DNA of 8,642 nt from an uncultured archaeon (GCA_964426185.1 CAYRPF010000104.1:1-8642), one strand, 5' to 3'; positions 1-8,066 are shown, counted from the stretch's first letter. Translations and numbers: made by a program. The notes: generated by a model from the sequence alone, not told the origin.

Positions 1-509
1 TTGAAACTATTCGAGTTTATAATCATCTTGGTAAAGCGATTTTGGATATTGCAAAATGGCTTCGTAGTAACGGCATCAAATGTCAACCAAATCACCCTTT
101 GGGGGGTTTAGTTTCTTATGTCCCCTTAGCTGCAAAAGCAGGGTTGGGTTGGCAAGGTATGAATGGATTATTAATAACCCCAGAATTTGGACAGCGCCAA
201 CGTATTGCTCCAATATATATTGAAAAGCCAGTTTTTCCATTCACAGATTCCACTGAACACTCATGGGTTGAAAAGTATTGTCAAATGTGTAAATTATGTC
301 AAAAAGAGTGCCCACCGGATGCTATCCAAGATCAGAAAACTGTTTATAAATCCGGAATTGAAACGATTGGGCGCCTATCGCGGTGTTTAGATCCAATCAA
401 ATGTCATCCTCAGTTTCAAAAAATGCAAGGCTGCAGTATATGCGTAAAAGTATGCCCCTTTTCCCAAGGAAATAACATCTATTACAAGATAAAGGAACGA
501 TTTGTTTGA
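1..509 (+). CDS. Epoxyqueuosine reductase (QueG)/reductive dehalogenase-like 4Fe-4S dicluster protein, 5'-truncated by the window
   Basis: The frame is open from base 3 (ETIRVYNHLGKAILDIAKWLR...), so the real start lies upstream of the window. It carries the family segment LAAKAGLGWQGMNGLLITPEFG-R-R, a ferredoxin motif CQMCKLCQKECP and a second cluster C...C-x9-CSICVKVCPF. Stop TGA at 507-509. Confidence 0.8.
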   Translation, partial: ETIRVYNHLGKAILDIAKWLRSNGIKCQPNHPLGGLVSYVPLAAKAGLGWQGMNGLLITPEFGQRQRIAPIYIEKPVFPFTDSTEHSWVEKYCQMCKLCQKECPPDAIQDQKTVYKSGIETIGRLSRCLDPIKCHPQFQKMQGCSICVKVCPFSQGNNIYYKIKERFV

Positions 510-521
510 TATACGAAATGA

Positions 522-803
522 TTACCCAATTTCTCCTTTAATTATTATACTCTCCGCATATTCTGCTAAAGATTGCAGAATGGGAACCATTTGACTGTTC
601 ATCCTTCGCAGCGCTTTCATACTTTCCAATAAATATTGAATGAAGGTATTTTTAGCATCATCATGGTTACTATATGGATTTTCTTCATTTTCTATATTTT
701 CTTCAAATTCTTTATTTTCTTTATTCAATTTATTCGTTTCATAATTTTCATTTCTTTCATAATTCTTAACAATTTCTAACATCTGGGTAAAAATACGCTC
801 CAT
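522..803 (-). CDS. Hypothetical small alpha-helical protein with an N/E/K-rich low-complexity linker (about 93 aa from ATG 803; alternative GTG start at 869)
   Basis: Open frame with amphipathic helices (MERIFTQMLEIVKNY; FIQYLLESMKALRRMNSQMVPILQSLAEYAESII) around an E/N-rich spacer. It is convergent with the upstream gene. The start codon is uncertain. Confidence 0.55.
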   Translation of the reverse strand: MERIFTQMLEIVKNYERNENYETNKLNKENKEFEENIENEENPYSNHDDAKNTFIQYLLESMKALRRMNSQMVPILQSLAEYAESIIIKGEIG

Positions 804-1050
804 TTGGAGGGTAATCTGCAATGACTTAAGTTGTTTTCCCAGAAGGAAGGCTTCCCGGGGAAAAGCCACGTGGTAATAATTAATAAAAAATCTATTCTTT
901 CAATGACAGAAAAAATAATCGGAGTATGTACTTATAAATGAATTCTCCAAGGCACATTATCATTTACCGAGAGGAATTTAGCTCCAGAAACTGCGGTTGA
1001 ATTCATAAAAGAACAAATTAAAACAAAAAAAAGCGATTAACAAAAAAAGT

Positions 1051-1278
1051 TTAAAGATTAATTACTTCTTTGACCTCAGGGATTTTTTCCTTCAAGATCT
1101 GCTCAATCCCATTTTTTAAAGTCATCTGGGAATAGGGGCAACCTCTGCAATGACCTTGTAGCTCAACTTTGACAGTACCGTCATCCAATATTTCTAAAAT
1201 TTCCACATCACCGCCGTCTGCTTGCAAACTTGGGCGAATTTGATTGATTACGAGAGTAACATTATCTTTCCATGACAT
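1051..1278 (-). CDS. NifU/NfuA C-terminal domain Fe-S cluster carrier protein (75 aa)
   Basis: IRPSLQADGGDVE...VKVELQGHCRGCPYSQMTLKNGIE is the canonical Nfu signature with CxxC. ATG at 1278 (MSWKD) is preceded by a GGGGAG SD, so it is a better start than 1302. Confidence 0.93.
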   Translation of the reverse strand: MSWKDNVTLVINQIRPSLQADGGDVEILEILDDGTVKVELQGHCRGCPYSQMTLKNGIEQILKEKIPEVKEVINL

Positions 1279-1427
1279 TTCAATCAGACTCCCCGAAATC
1301 AACTATGTTCTTAGATTTCGAGCTTTAGTAAGAATAAAAATACGCCAGAAGTAATGAAGTTAATCCTTATGTTGAATAAGAAATACTGAAATAAAATTTA
1401 TGCAAAAAAAAATAACGCCTAATTAAA

Positions 1428-2642
1428 TTAATTTGGCATTTTATTGCGTAAAACTTGAAGTAAAGGTAAATCCTTACCGCTTAAAATTTTGAGTAAGGCT
1501 CCACCACCGGTTGAAATGGTGATTTTATCCGCGTGTCCAGACATTTCAGCAACTGCTCCCATATCACCTCCACCAATGGCTACAAAGGCCCCATTTTCTG
1601 CCGCAGCAGCCATGGCATCGACTATTTCGAATGATGATTGTTTGAAATTTTCATTTTCAAAGATACCTGGTGGACCATTGGCGACAATTGTTTTAGCGCC
1701 CTTCAATATATCTTTAAACTTATCTATGGTTTTTCTCCCAATATCACCAGTAGATACATTCATTGCGCCCACCTCTTTGGTGACTACTTCTTTACGGCTC
1801 CCATTTTCTTCATAAGCAAGATCTATGGGCAGCTCAATGGAATCGCGATATTTTTCATATACAGTTCGGATTTCATCTCCATGTTTTGCCAAATCATCCG
1901 CAATGAATTTCTTATTAGCATCACCCATGGGAACACCGGTAGCTTCTAAGATCAAAATAGCAGTTAAACCACACACCAGTGCTTTATCAATACTGCCGTT
2001 TTCCAAGTTATACGAAAGAGCTTGAAATTTATCCCACGCTTTTGCACCACCTACCAACCACACTGAAGGTTTTTCTGGCTTGAATAATTTCTGCACCATT
2101 TTCAATTCACGCACTACTGTAGGGCCTGCACAAATCGTAGGCCAGCCAATCAGTGATACATGGGCACGATGAGCCGCTCCAAAGGCATCATTCACAAAAT
2201 AATCAAACAACGGGGAAAGTCGGGTGATTAATTCTGTTTTTTCCGCTTCTTCGATGCTCTTTACCTCGGTTTCTTTTTTCCATAAACGAACATTGTTTAA
2301 TACTAATATTTCACCGGGTTGCAAAGCTTCTATAGCAGCAATTGCTTCATCTCCGAACAAATCTTTGACAAATTTAACCCGTCCACCGAGATATTCATTC
2401 AATTGTTTAGCATGAAGTTCCAAATCAATACAATCCGGTTTGCCATAACGGCTTTGGTGGGCAATTAAAACCACTGCTGCTTCTTTCAAGGCTTCTAAGG
2501 TGGGAACTATGGCTTTAATGCGGGGATCACTGCGAATTTCGTTCTTTTCTAAATCGATACTAGAATTAATATCGACCCGAACCAATATTTTTTTATTTTT
2601 AATATCGAAATCAGTGATTTTTTTGAATTTTATTTCAGGCAT
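1428..2642 (-). CDS. pgk: Phosphoglycerate kinase (archaeal-type)
   Basis: Motifs RVDINS, AHQSR-G, LNNVR, VNDAFGAAHR, GGAK, NGPPGIFE, GGGD and ISTGGGA. An AAGGAG SD lies upstream. RVDINS, AHQSR and AAHR are typical of archaeal PGKs. Confidence 0.97.
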   Translation of the reverse strand: MPEIKFKKITDFDIKNKKILVRVDINSSIDLEKNEIRSDPRIKAIVPTLEALKEAAVVLIAHQSRYGKPDCIDLELHAKQLNEYLGGRVKFVKDLFGDEAIAAIEALQPGEILVLNNVRLWKKETEVKSIEEAEKTELITRLSPLFDYFVNDAFGAAHRAHVSLIGWPTICAGPTVVRELKMVQKLFKPEKPSVWLVGGAKAWDKFQALSYNLENGSIDKALVCGLTAILILEATGVPMGDANKKFIADDLAKHGDEIRTVYEKYRDSIELPIDLAYEENGSRKEVVTKEVGAMNVSTGDIGRKTIDKFKDILKGAKTIVANGPPGIFENENFKQSSFEIVDAMAAAAENGAFVAIGGGDMGAVAEMSGHADKITISTGGGALLKILSGKDLPLLQVLRNKMPN

Positions 2643-2716
2643 GTTCTAGACAACTCCTTAAATTAATTAAGAGAAAAAAGTTAAATATAAAAAATTTTGA
2701 GATATTATGCCCAATT

Positions 2717-3733
<1,017 letters not shown>

Positions 3734-3874
3734 TTACTGTTTAAGAAAAAATACCTTAAGTTGGGTAATGCGCCAATGAGTTAAAGGTTTTGGATCATTT
3801 TATGTGCCAATTCGACCATTTATGATTCTATTTTTTAAGGACATATTTTCTATTTTGAGCGTTATTTCTAATTT

Positions 3875-4006
3875 AATTCCCTTTCTCTATTTTTATTCTT
3901 TGCTTTCTTCTGTTTTGATTTGACCTTTTTCCTTTTTTTTATGAATTCATCTATTTTAATGCTATTTACTATTCTTAAAGAGCAATTATTAAATATTTAA
4001 TTTTAT
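3875..4006 (+). repeat. Degenerate direct repeat, copy A (~130 bp, pyrimidine-rich)
   Basis: Manual alignment with 5181-5311 gives 43/50 identity over the first 50 nt and 65/78 without gaps. Similarity continues through ctattt(a/g)ctattctt and aaatatt(t/g)aattttat. Confidence 0.85.
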
Positions 4007-4069
4007 TCAGTGCATTTATTCCTCTAAAAATTGGGTAAAGCCCATGTTAAATCAAAGGGAGAAATAAAA

Positions 4070-5173
4070 ATGAAAAATGTTCAAAATGACTCAAAAAAAT
4101 TGCTGAAATGGGGTTATCAGACAGCGAAATGGCTTTTTGGTATCTGTATATCTTATATGAGCTTTACGTTAATCCTTAGCTTCTATATTTTTATTTTTTA
4201 TAAAGGACCTATTCGATTGAGAAACTCGTTGCCTTTTTTTACAGACGACATGCTTGCTTTATATGATTATCTGCAAATATCTGCTCCAGCAGTAGAAGGG
4301 GAATTTCCGAATTTTTGGCGCCTTTGGTGGCTTTTTCTTAAACCAATTTGGAATATCTCAAATCCTAATGAATCCTTTCTGGGAAAATGGTTAAGAAATC
4401 TGTTTATTGAAAATAATTCTGTATTTATTTTAATTATCTTGGCAAATATGTTTAGCATGGCGTTGTATTGGACAATAAAAACACGTGATACTAAGATTGG
4501 ACAAAGCCAGAAAGCAGCAATAAAAAAGTACTCATTAGAGAATTTACCGAAATGGATAATTATCGGAATATATTTTATCGGTTTAGGATTGTTATGGTTT
4601 TTAGATTTTATTTTTCGCAAAACTTATTTTGTAGGTTTTTATCTAAAATTGTATATATGGTGCTTCTATGTGCTATTTATCGGCATATATGGATATTTAA
4701 ATTACCTCTCTTATTTCTTATTAGAAAAAAATGATGCTTCGATCCCTGGTAGACAGGCATTTTTATTTATTCTGAATTGTTTACCAATATTTGACGGGTA
4801 TATTACCCAGATGTGGTATATGGCAGGGATATTTGTCGATTATGACCTTTATTTTTGGCCTCAAGTGGTGACTCTAAAAACTTCATTCATGATCTGGATT
4901 TTTGTGCTTATTCTCAATATGATTCAGCGTAAAATTTCTCAAAAATTGGATGTATTTAAAAATAATTCTGTAGATTATAATAAATCCACTCAAGAAATAA
5001 ATGATATGAAAGATGGAGTAAAAAATAAAAATTCATCGAAAAATCACCCTTCTTCCAGAAATCAATTTAAAATTTATACTAAAACTTATATTATCACAAC
5101 ATTCAGTTTTGTAATTTTGTTTTTAATTTACTTTCTATGGGATCTTGCAAATAACTCTTCTATCTTTTTTTAG
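4070..5173 (+). CDS. Hypothetical polytopic membrane protein (~7 predicted TM helices, 367 aa)
   Basis: Long, very AT-rich ORF rich in F/I/L/Y/W with about 7 hydrophobic segments. ATG 4070 follows an AGGGAG SD at 4056-4061, which is preferred over TTG 4031. No recognisable family motif. Confidence 0.75.
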   Translation: MKNVQNDSKKLLKWGYQTAKWLFGICISYMSFTLILSFYIFIFYKGPIRLRNSLPFFTDDMLALYDYLQISAPAVEGEFPNFWRLWWLFLKPIWNISNPNESFLGKWLRNLFIENNSVFILIILANMFSMALYWTIKTRDTKIGQSQKAAIKKYSLENLPKWIIIGIYFIGLGLLWFLDFIFRKTYFVGFYLKLYIWCFYVLFIGIYGYLNYLSYFLLEKNDASIPGRQAFLFILNCLPIFDGYITQMWYMAGIFVDYDLYFWPQVVTLKTSFMIWIFVLILNMIQRKISQKLDVFKNNSVDYNKSTQEINDMKDGVKNKNSSKNHPSSRNQFKIYTKTYIITTFSFVILFLIYFLWDLANNSSIFF

Positions 5174-5180
5174 TATTGTC

Positions 5181-5311
5181 AATTCCCTTATTCTATTTTT
5201 GTTCTTGACTTTCTTCTGTTTTTATTTGATCTTATTCATTCGTATTATGAAATCATCTTTCGAAAATACTATTTGCTATTCTTCATAAAAAAATCAAATA
5301 TTGAATTTTAT
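5181..5311 (+). repeat. Degenerate direct repeat, copy B
   Basis: Begins 7 nt after the TAG of the membrane-protein gene and matches 3875-4006 (offset 1306 bp). Confidence 0.85.
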
Positions 5312-5323
5312 CTTAACCATATT

Positions 5324-5386
5324 TTTAAATTTCTAGTCAATTTATTAGCCAAAAATTTAAATTTTTAGTCAATTTATAAGCCAAAA
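5324..5386 (+). repeat. Tandem repeat, 2 x ~32 bp (tttaaattt(c/t)tagtcaatttat(t/a)agccaaaa)
   Basis: Unit 1 is 5324-5355 and unit 2 is 5356-5386, differing by 2 substitutions. The sub-motif WAGYCAA occurs at 5334, 5346, 5366 and 5378. Confidence 0.88.
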
Positions 5387-5394
5387 TTTATATA
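5381..5394 (+). promoter_or_regulatory. Putative archaeal BRE-TATA box (ccaaaa-TTTATATA) of the ATPase gene
   Basis: Consensus TTTATATA at 5387-5394 with an A-rich BRE-like element upstream, ending 33 nt before the TTG start at 5428. Confidence 0.55.
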
Positions 5395-5427
5395 TTTGAA
5401 TTCGCATAATTTAATTGGGTTTTCATA

Positions 5428-6723
5428 TTGTTTGAAAAGATTCTTCGAGATCAGAAAAAGGAAATTCAAGAATTATTCTTAAGCAACCAAATCATTCCAC
5501 GTCAACTTCAAGTGCCATTGGAAAGAGGAATCGCAATTATTATTATGGGAGTACGTCGATCAGGGAAGAGTACATTTGCTCATCAACTCCTTCATTCTAG
5601 CATTTCTAACGATATTGATAATTCGAACAAAGAAATTAAATATGGATATATCAATTTCGATGATGAGCGTTTGGGAGATTTAGGAACTGATGGATTTCAA
5701 GAAATTCTAGCTGCTGTCCATTCTATTTATGGAAAAGTATCGACTCTTTTACTAGATGAACCACAAAATCAACCAAAGTGGGAAATGTTTGTAAATAGAC
5801 TACTCCGTCGTAAATACACCATCCTAATCACAGGAAGTAATTCATCTTTACTAAGTTCAGAATTAAGTACTCACTTAACCGGCCGATTTCTTCGTTATGA
5901 TCTTTTTCCCTTTAGCTTTCAAGAATATCTAACCTTAAAGCAGTTTGATTTTCAAGGATATAGTGATGAGCAAATCGGAACAATAATGCATCATTTGAAG
6001 GATTATCTGGACTCAGGAGGTTTCCCCGAAGTTTTCAAATATCATGATGCTCCACGTTATTTACGTGATCTTTTTAACTCAATATTGATGAAAGACATTG
6101 TTTATCGCTATAGAATCCATAAACCAAATGAATTAGAAAAAATTGCTTATTATTTCTTAAGCACCCCTGCAAGCTATTATACATATTCCCGCTTGGCCGG
6201 TTCTTTAGGGATGAACAAGAATTTAATTGCAACCTATTTAGATTATTTAGAAAAAGCATATCTCTTTTTTAGTCTTTCTATTTACAGCAAACGCTATAAG
6301 ACACAGCATCGCTCTCCACGGAAAATTTATTCTGTGGATTTAGGCCTAAATGCTAAAATTGGCTTTCGAACAGAGAGTAATATCACTCGACAAATTGAGA
6401 ATTTAGTCTTTTTAGAATTGAAACGAAGATCTATTCAGTATGAGCGCCCTTTTGAAATATATTATTGGAAATCTCCCGAACAATATGAAGTGGATTTTGT
6501 GATCAAATTTGGTACGAAAATAACTCAACTTATTCAAGTTTGCTACATGATTAATTCAGATAAAATTCGAAATCGTGAAGAAAAAGGGTTATTAAAAGCA
6601 AATGAAGAATTAGAATGTGAGAAAATGCTGTTGATTACATGGGATGAAGAGCAGATCGTTAAGAGGAAAGAAAAATCCATCGAGTATATCCCTTTATGGA
6701 AATGGTTGCTTAACAATAACTGA
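5428..6723 (+). CDS. AAA_14-family ATPase with C-terminal DUF4143 (wHTH plus PD-(D/E)xK-like) domain
   Basis: Walker A GVRRSGKS, YINFDDER, Walker B LLLDEPQ, ITGSNS, LTGR, PFSFQEY, GGFPE, SPRKIYSVDLGL, ENLVF and YYW...EVDFV...IQV. TTG start. Confidence 0.92.
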   Translation: MFEKILRDQKKEIQELFLSNQIIPRQLQVPLERGIAIIIMGVRRSGKSTFAHQLLHSSISNDIDNSNKEIKYGYINFDDERLGDLGTDGFQEILAAVHSIYGKVSTLLLDEPQNQPKWEMFVNRLLRRKYTILITGSNSSLLSSELSTHLTGRFLRYDLFPFSFQEYLTLKQFDFQGYSDEQIGTIMHHLKDYLDSGGFPEVFKYHDAPRYLRDLFNSILMKDIVYRYRIHKPNELEKIAYYFLSTPASYYTYSRLAGSLGMNKNLIATYLDYLEKAYLFFSLSIYSKRYKTQHRSPRKIYSVDLGLNAKIGFRTESNITRQIENLVFLELKRRSIQYERPFEIYYWKSPEQYEVDFVIKFGTKITQLIQVCYMINSDKIRNREEKGLLKANEELECEKMLLITWDEEQIVKRKEKSIEYIPLWKWLLNNN

Positions 6724-6792
6724 ATATGAATGACTTAACATTTTTTTCTACTTTTCTCATAGTTGATTAGCAATCAATCCTTTTTCCCATAG

Positions 6793-6950
6793 TTAGTTAC
6801 GGAATTTCAAACAAATCCTAGTGAGGCACACTGATGATCCTTGAGCGTGTGGGATGGTTAAGCGATTTTAGTGATTTAACTAAGCTATACTTAGGCTATA
6901 ACTCAGAGATTTAGCCGTAAAAGTTGAAAATTGTGGTGCTACGAAACTAA
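6793..6950. ncRNA. Candidate structured RNA of unknown class (strand uncertain)
   Basis: About 37% GC by hand count, higher than neighbouring intergenic DNA. Nested complementary segments: ttacgg/ccgtaa, aaatc/gattt, tgag/ctca, cacac/gtgtg, gttaa/ttaac and ctaag/cttag. Confidence 0.3.
6834..6914 (+). CDS. Possible 26-aa small protein MILERVGWLSDFSDLTKLYLGYNSEI
   Basis: ATG at 6834 is preceded by AGTGAGG (6820-6826), the same SD core as upstream of gap, with a 7-nt spacer. TAG at 6912-6914. No other support. Confidence 0.22.
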   Translation: MILERVGWLSDFSDLTKLYLGYNSEI

Positions 6951-6960
6951 GCAATAATCA

Positions 6961-7000
6961 GAAAAAAAAGGTAGGTAGATCTTGAAAAAAATTTTTTTCA
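6961..7000. terminator. Probable terminator region between convergent units: perfect 18-bp palindrome tgaaaaaaatttttttca plus an A8 tract
   Basis: The palindrome at 6983-7000 gives T7 on both strands 9 nt past the MaoC stop. A8 at 6962-6969 reads T8 on the minus strand. Confidence 0.5.
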
Positions 7001-7009
7001 GTAATCTTC

Positions 7010-7525
7010 TTAAATTCGGATTTTACCCCAGCCTTTGTTAACTAAGGCTTCTCGATAAGTTAAAGTTCCATTTTCTGTTTCTTCAGTTTTAATTAAATCT
7101 TGTTCCTTTTCACTGACCCAACCTTTTTCCAAAGCTTCAAAGGTCTCGATTTGCTTGCCGTCTTTCTCCAATTTCAAAGGCATTTTTGAATTCTGAATCA
7201 TTTCAATCTCCAAAATATCATCATTAATGGCTTTCACTGTAATATGTGTTAGGATCCAATCACCTGGTCGAACCATACCCCGCATTTCACAGCCTAAATT
7301 GATTAATTGCCCGTTGCATTCTTCTGCAAAATCGTTTAGGTGATGAGCCCCATAGCCAAATGAGAGCATCCCATGAGCAATGACCCCGTTCAATCCTACT
7401 TTTGATGCAAAATCATCATCTACATGGATAGGATTGTGATCCCCACTCGCTTTGGCATAATTTTTAATGGTTTCTCGGGTAACAGGTCCATCTATTTTCA
7501 ATACATGTGTTCCTACTTCTACCAT
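7010..7525 (-). CDS. MaoC-family (R)-specific enoyl-CoA hydratase/3-hydroxyacyl dehydratase, catalytic HadB-like subunit
   Basis: Intact hydratase-2 motif YAKASGDHNPIHVDDDFA..GL-GVIAHGM, plus VRPGD. Confidence 0.92.
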   Translation of the reverse strand: MVEVGTHVLKIDGPVTRETIKNYAKASGDHNPIHVDDDFASKVGLNGVIAHGMLSFGYGAHHLNDFAEECNGQLINLGCEMRGMVRPGDWILTHITVKAINDDILEIEMIQNSKMPLKLEKDGKQIETFEALEKGWVSEKEQDLIKTEETENGTLTYREALVNKGWGKIRI

Positions 7526-7526
7526 T

Positions 7527-8024
7527 TTAGAAACCTCCCTTTCGCAATAACCCTTTTATGGTGGTACGACAGAATGTTTTGGTTTTATCTGCGTTGGTCG
7601 AAGTGAAAAGTAATTCAACCCAGAGTTTTTCATTTTTAATAAATAAATCTACGATTTTACCAACCGTAAAGACCTTCCTATCTGCTGGAGTCAAAGGATC
7701 ACAGCCGTCATAGTTGTATTCTTGAGAAGTATGCAGCAATTTACCAATATTCTTTACCAATTTATTGCCGTCTTTATCTTTTACTTCCGATAACTGCATT
7801 AACAAGCCAGGAATGGTATATGTGGCAGCATAAGCAGGATGAGCAACTATTTTTGAATAGTCGGGTTTTTCTTCACCTTCTTTTTTTTCCACATAGAATT
7901 TCGGGTTTTTATCACCGATTGCAGCGCTGTAAGCGGAAAGATTCTTCCCTTTAATGCGATATTTATCAGGGCCAAATTCATAGCCAATGAACTGTTTAAA
8001 ATATTCTTCATTTCTTTCAGTCAT
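7527..8024 (-). CDS. MaoC_dehydrat_N hot-dog protein (HadA/HadC-like partner subunit)
   Basis: Degenerate motif YSAAIGDKNPKFY lacking the catalytic His, plus IVAHPAY and LLHTSQEY. AGGGAGTG SD upstream. The stop is 1 nt from the next ATG (TAA-A-ATG). Confidence 0.85.
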   Translation of the reverse strand: MTERNEEYFKQFIGYEFGPDKYRIKGKNLSAYSAAIGDKNPKFYVEKKEGEEKPDYSKIVAHPAYAATYTIPGLLMQLSEVKDKDGNKLVKNIGKLLHTSQEYNYDGCDPLTPADRKVFTVGKIVDLFIKNEKLWVELLFTSTNADKTKTFCRTTIKGLLRKGGF

Positions 8025-8066
8025 ATAAAAACACTCCCTACGAGTGATCTTCCTTTCACGCAGAAC

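Noticed and set aside
3875-3976. Minus-strand peptide in repeat copy A (RIVNSIKIDEFIKKKEKGQIKTEESKE*)
   Set aside because: No clear start or SD was found, and the frame is broken in copy B. The K/E-rich look follows from the purine bias.
4070-5173. Rhodopsin or GPCR call for the ~7-TM protein
   Set aside because: There is no DxxxK or SxxxK retinal-binding motif in the last helix and no GPCR motifs. TM count alone is not sufficient.
5324-5386. CRISPR mini-array
   Set aside because: The repeats are directly adjacent with no spacers, and there are no cas genes.
6834-6856. SECIS-like AUGA...GA motif
   Set aside because: Helix II would be only about 2-3 bp with no apical AA loop, and the upstream gene has no internal UGA.
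6793-6950. Hammerhead ribozyme (CUGAUGA at 6831, GAAAC at 6943, uuaguu/aacuaa as stem III)
   Set aside because: Stem I cannot form next to the core, and the stem II closing G-C pair is missing (U follows CUGAUGA). The core elements are more than 100 nt apart.
6741-6980. MITE with terminal inverted repeats
   Set aside because: The end complementarity is mostly A/T homopolymer, and there is no clear TIR or target-site duplication.
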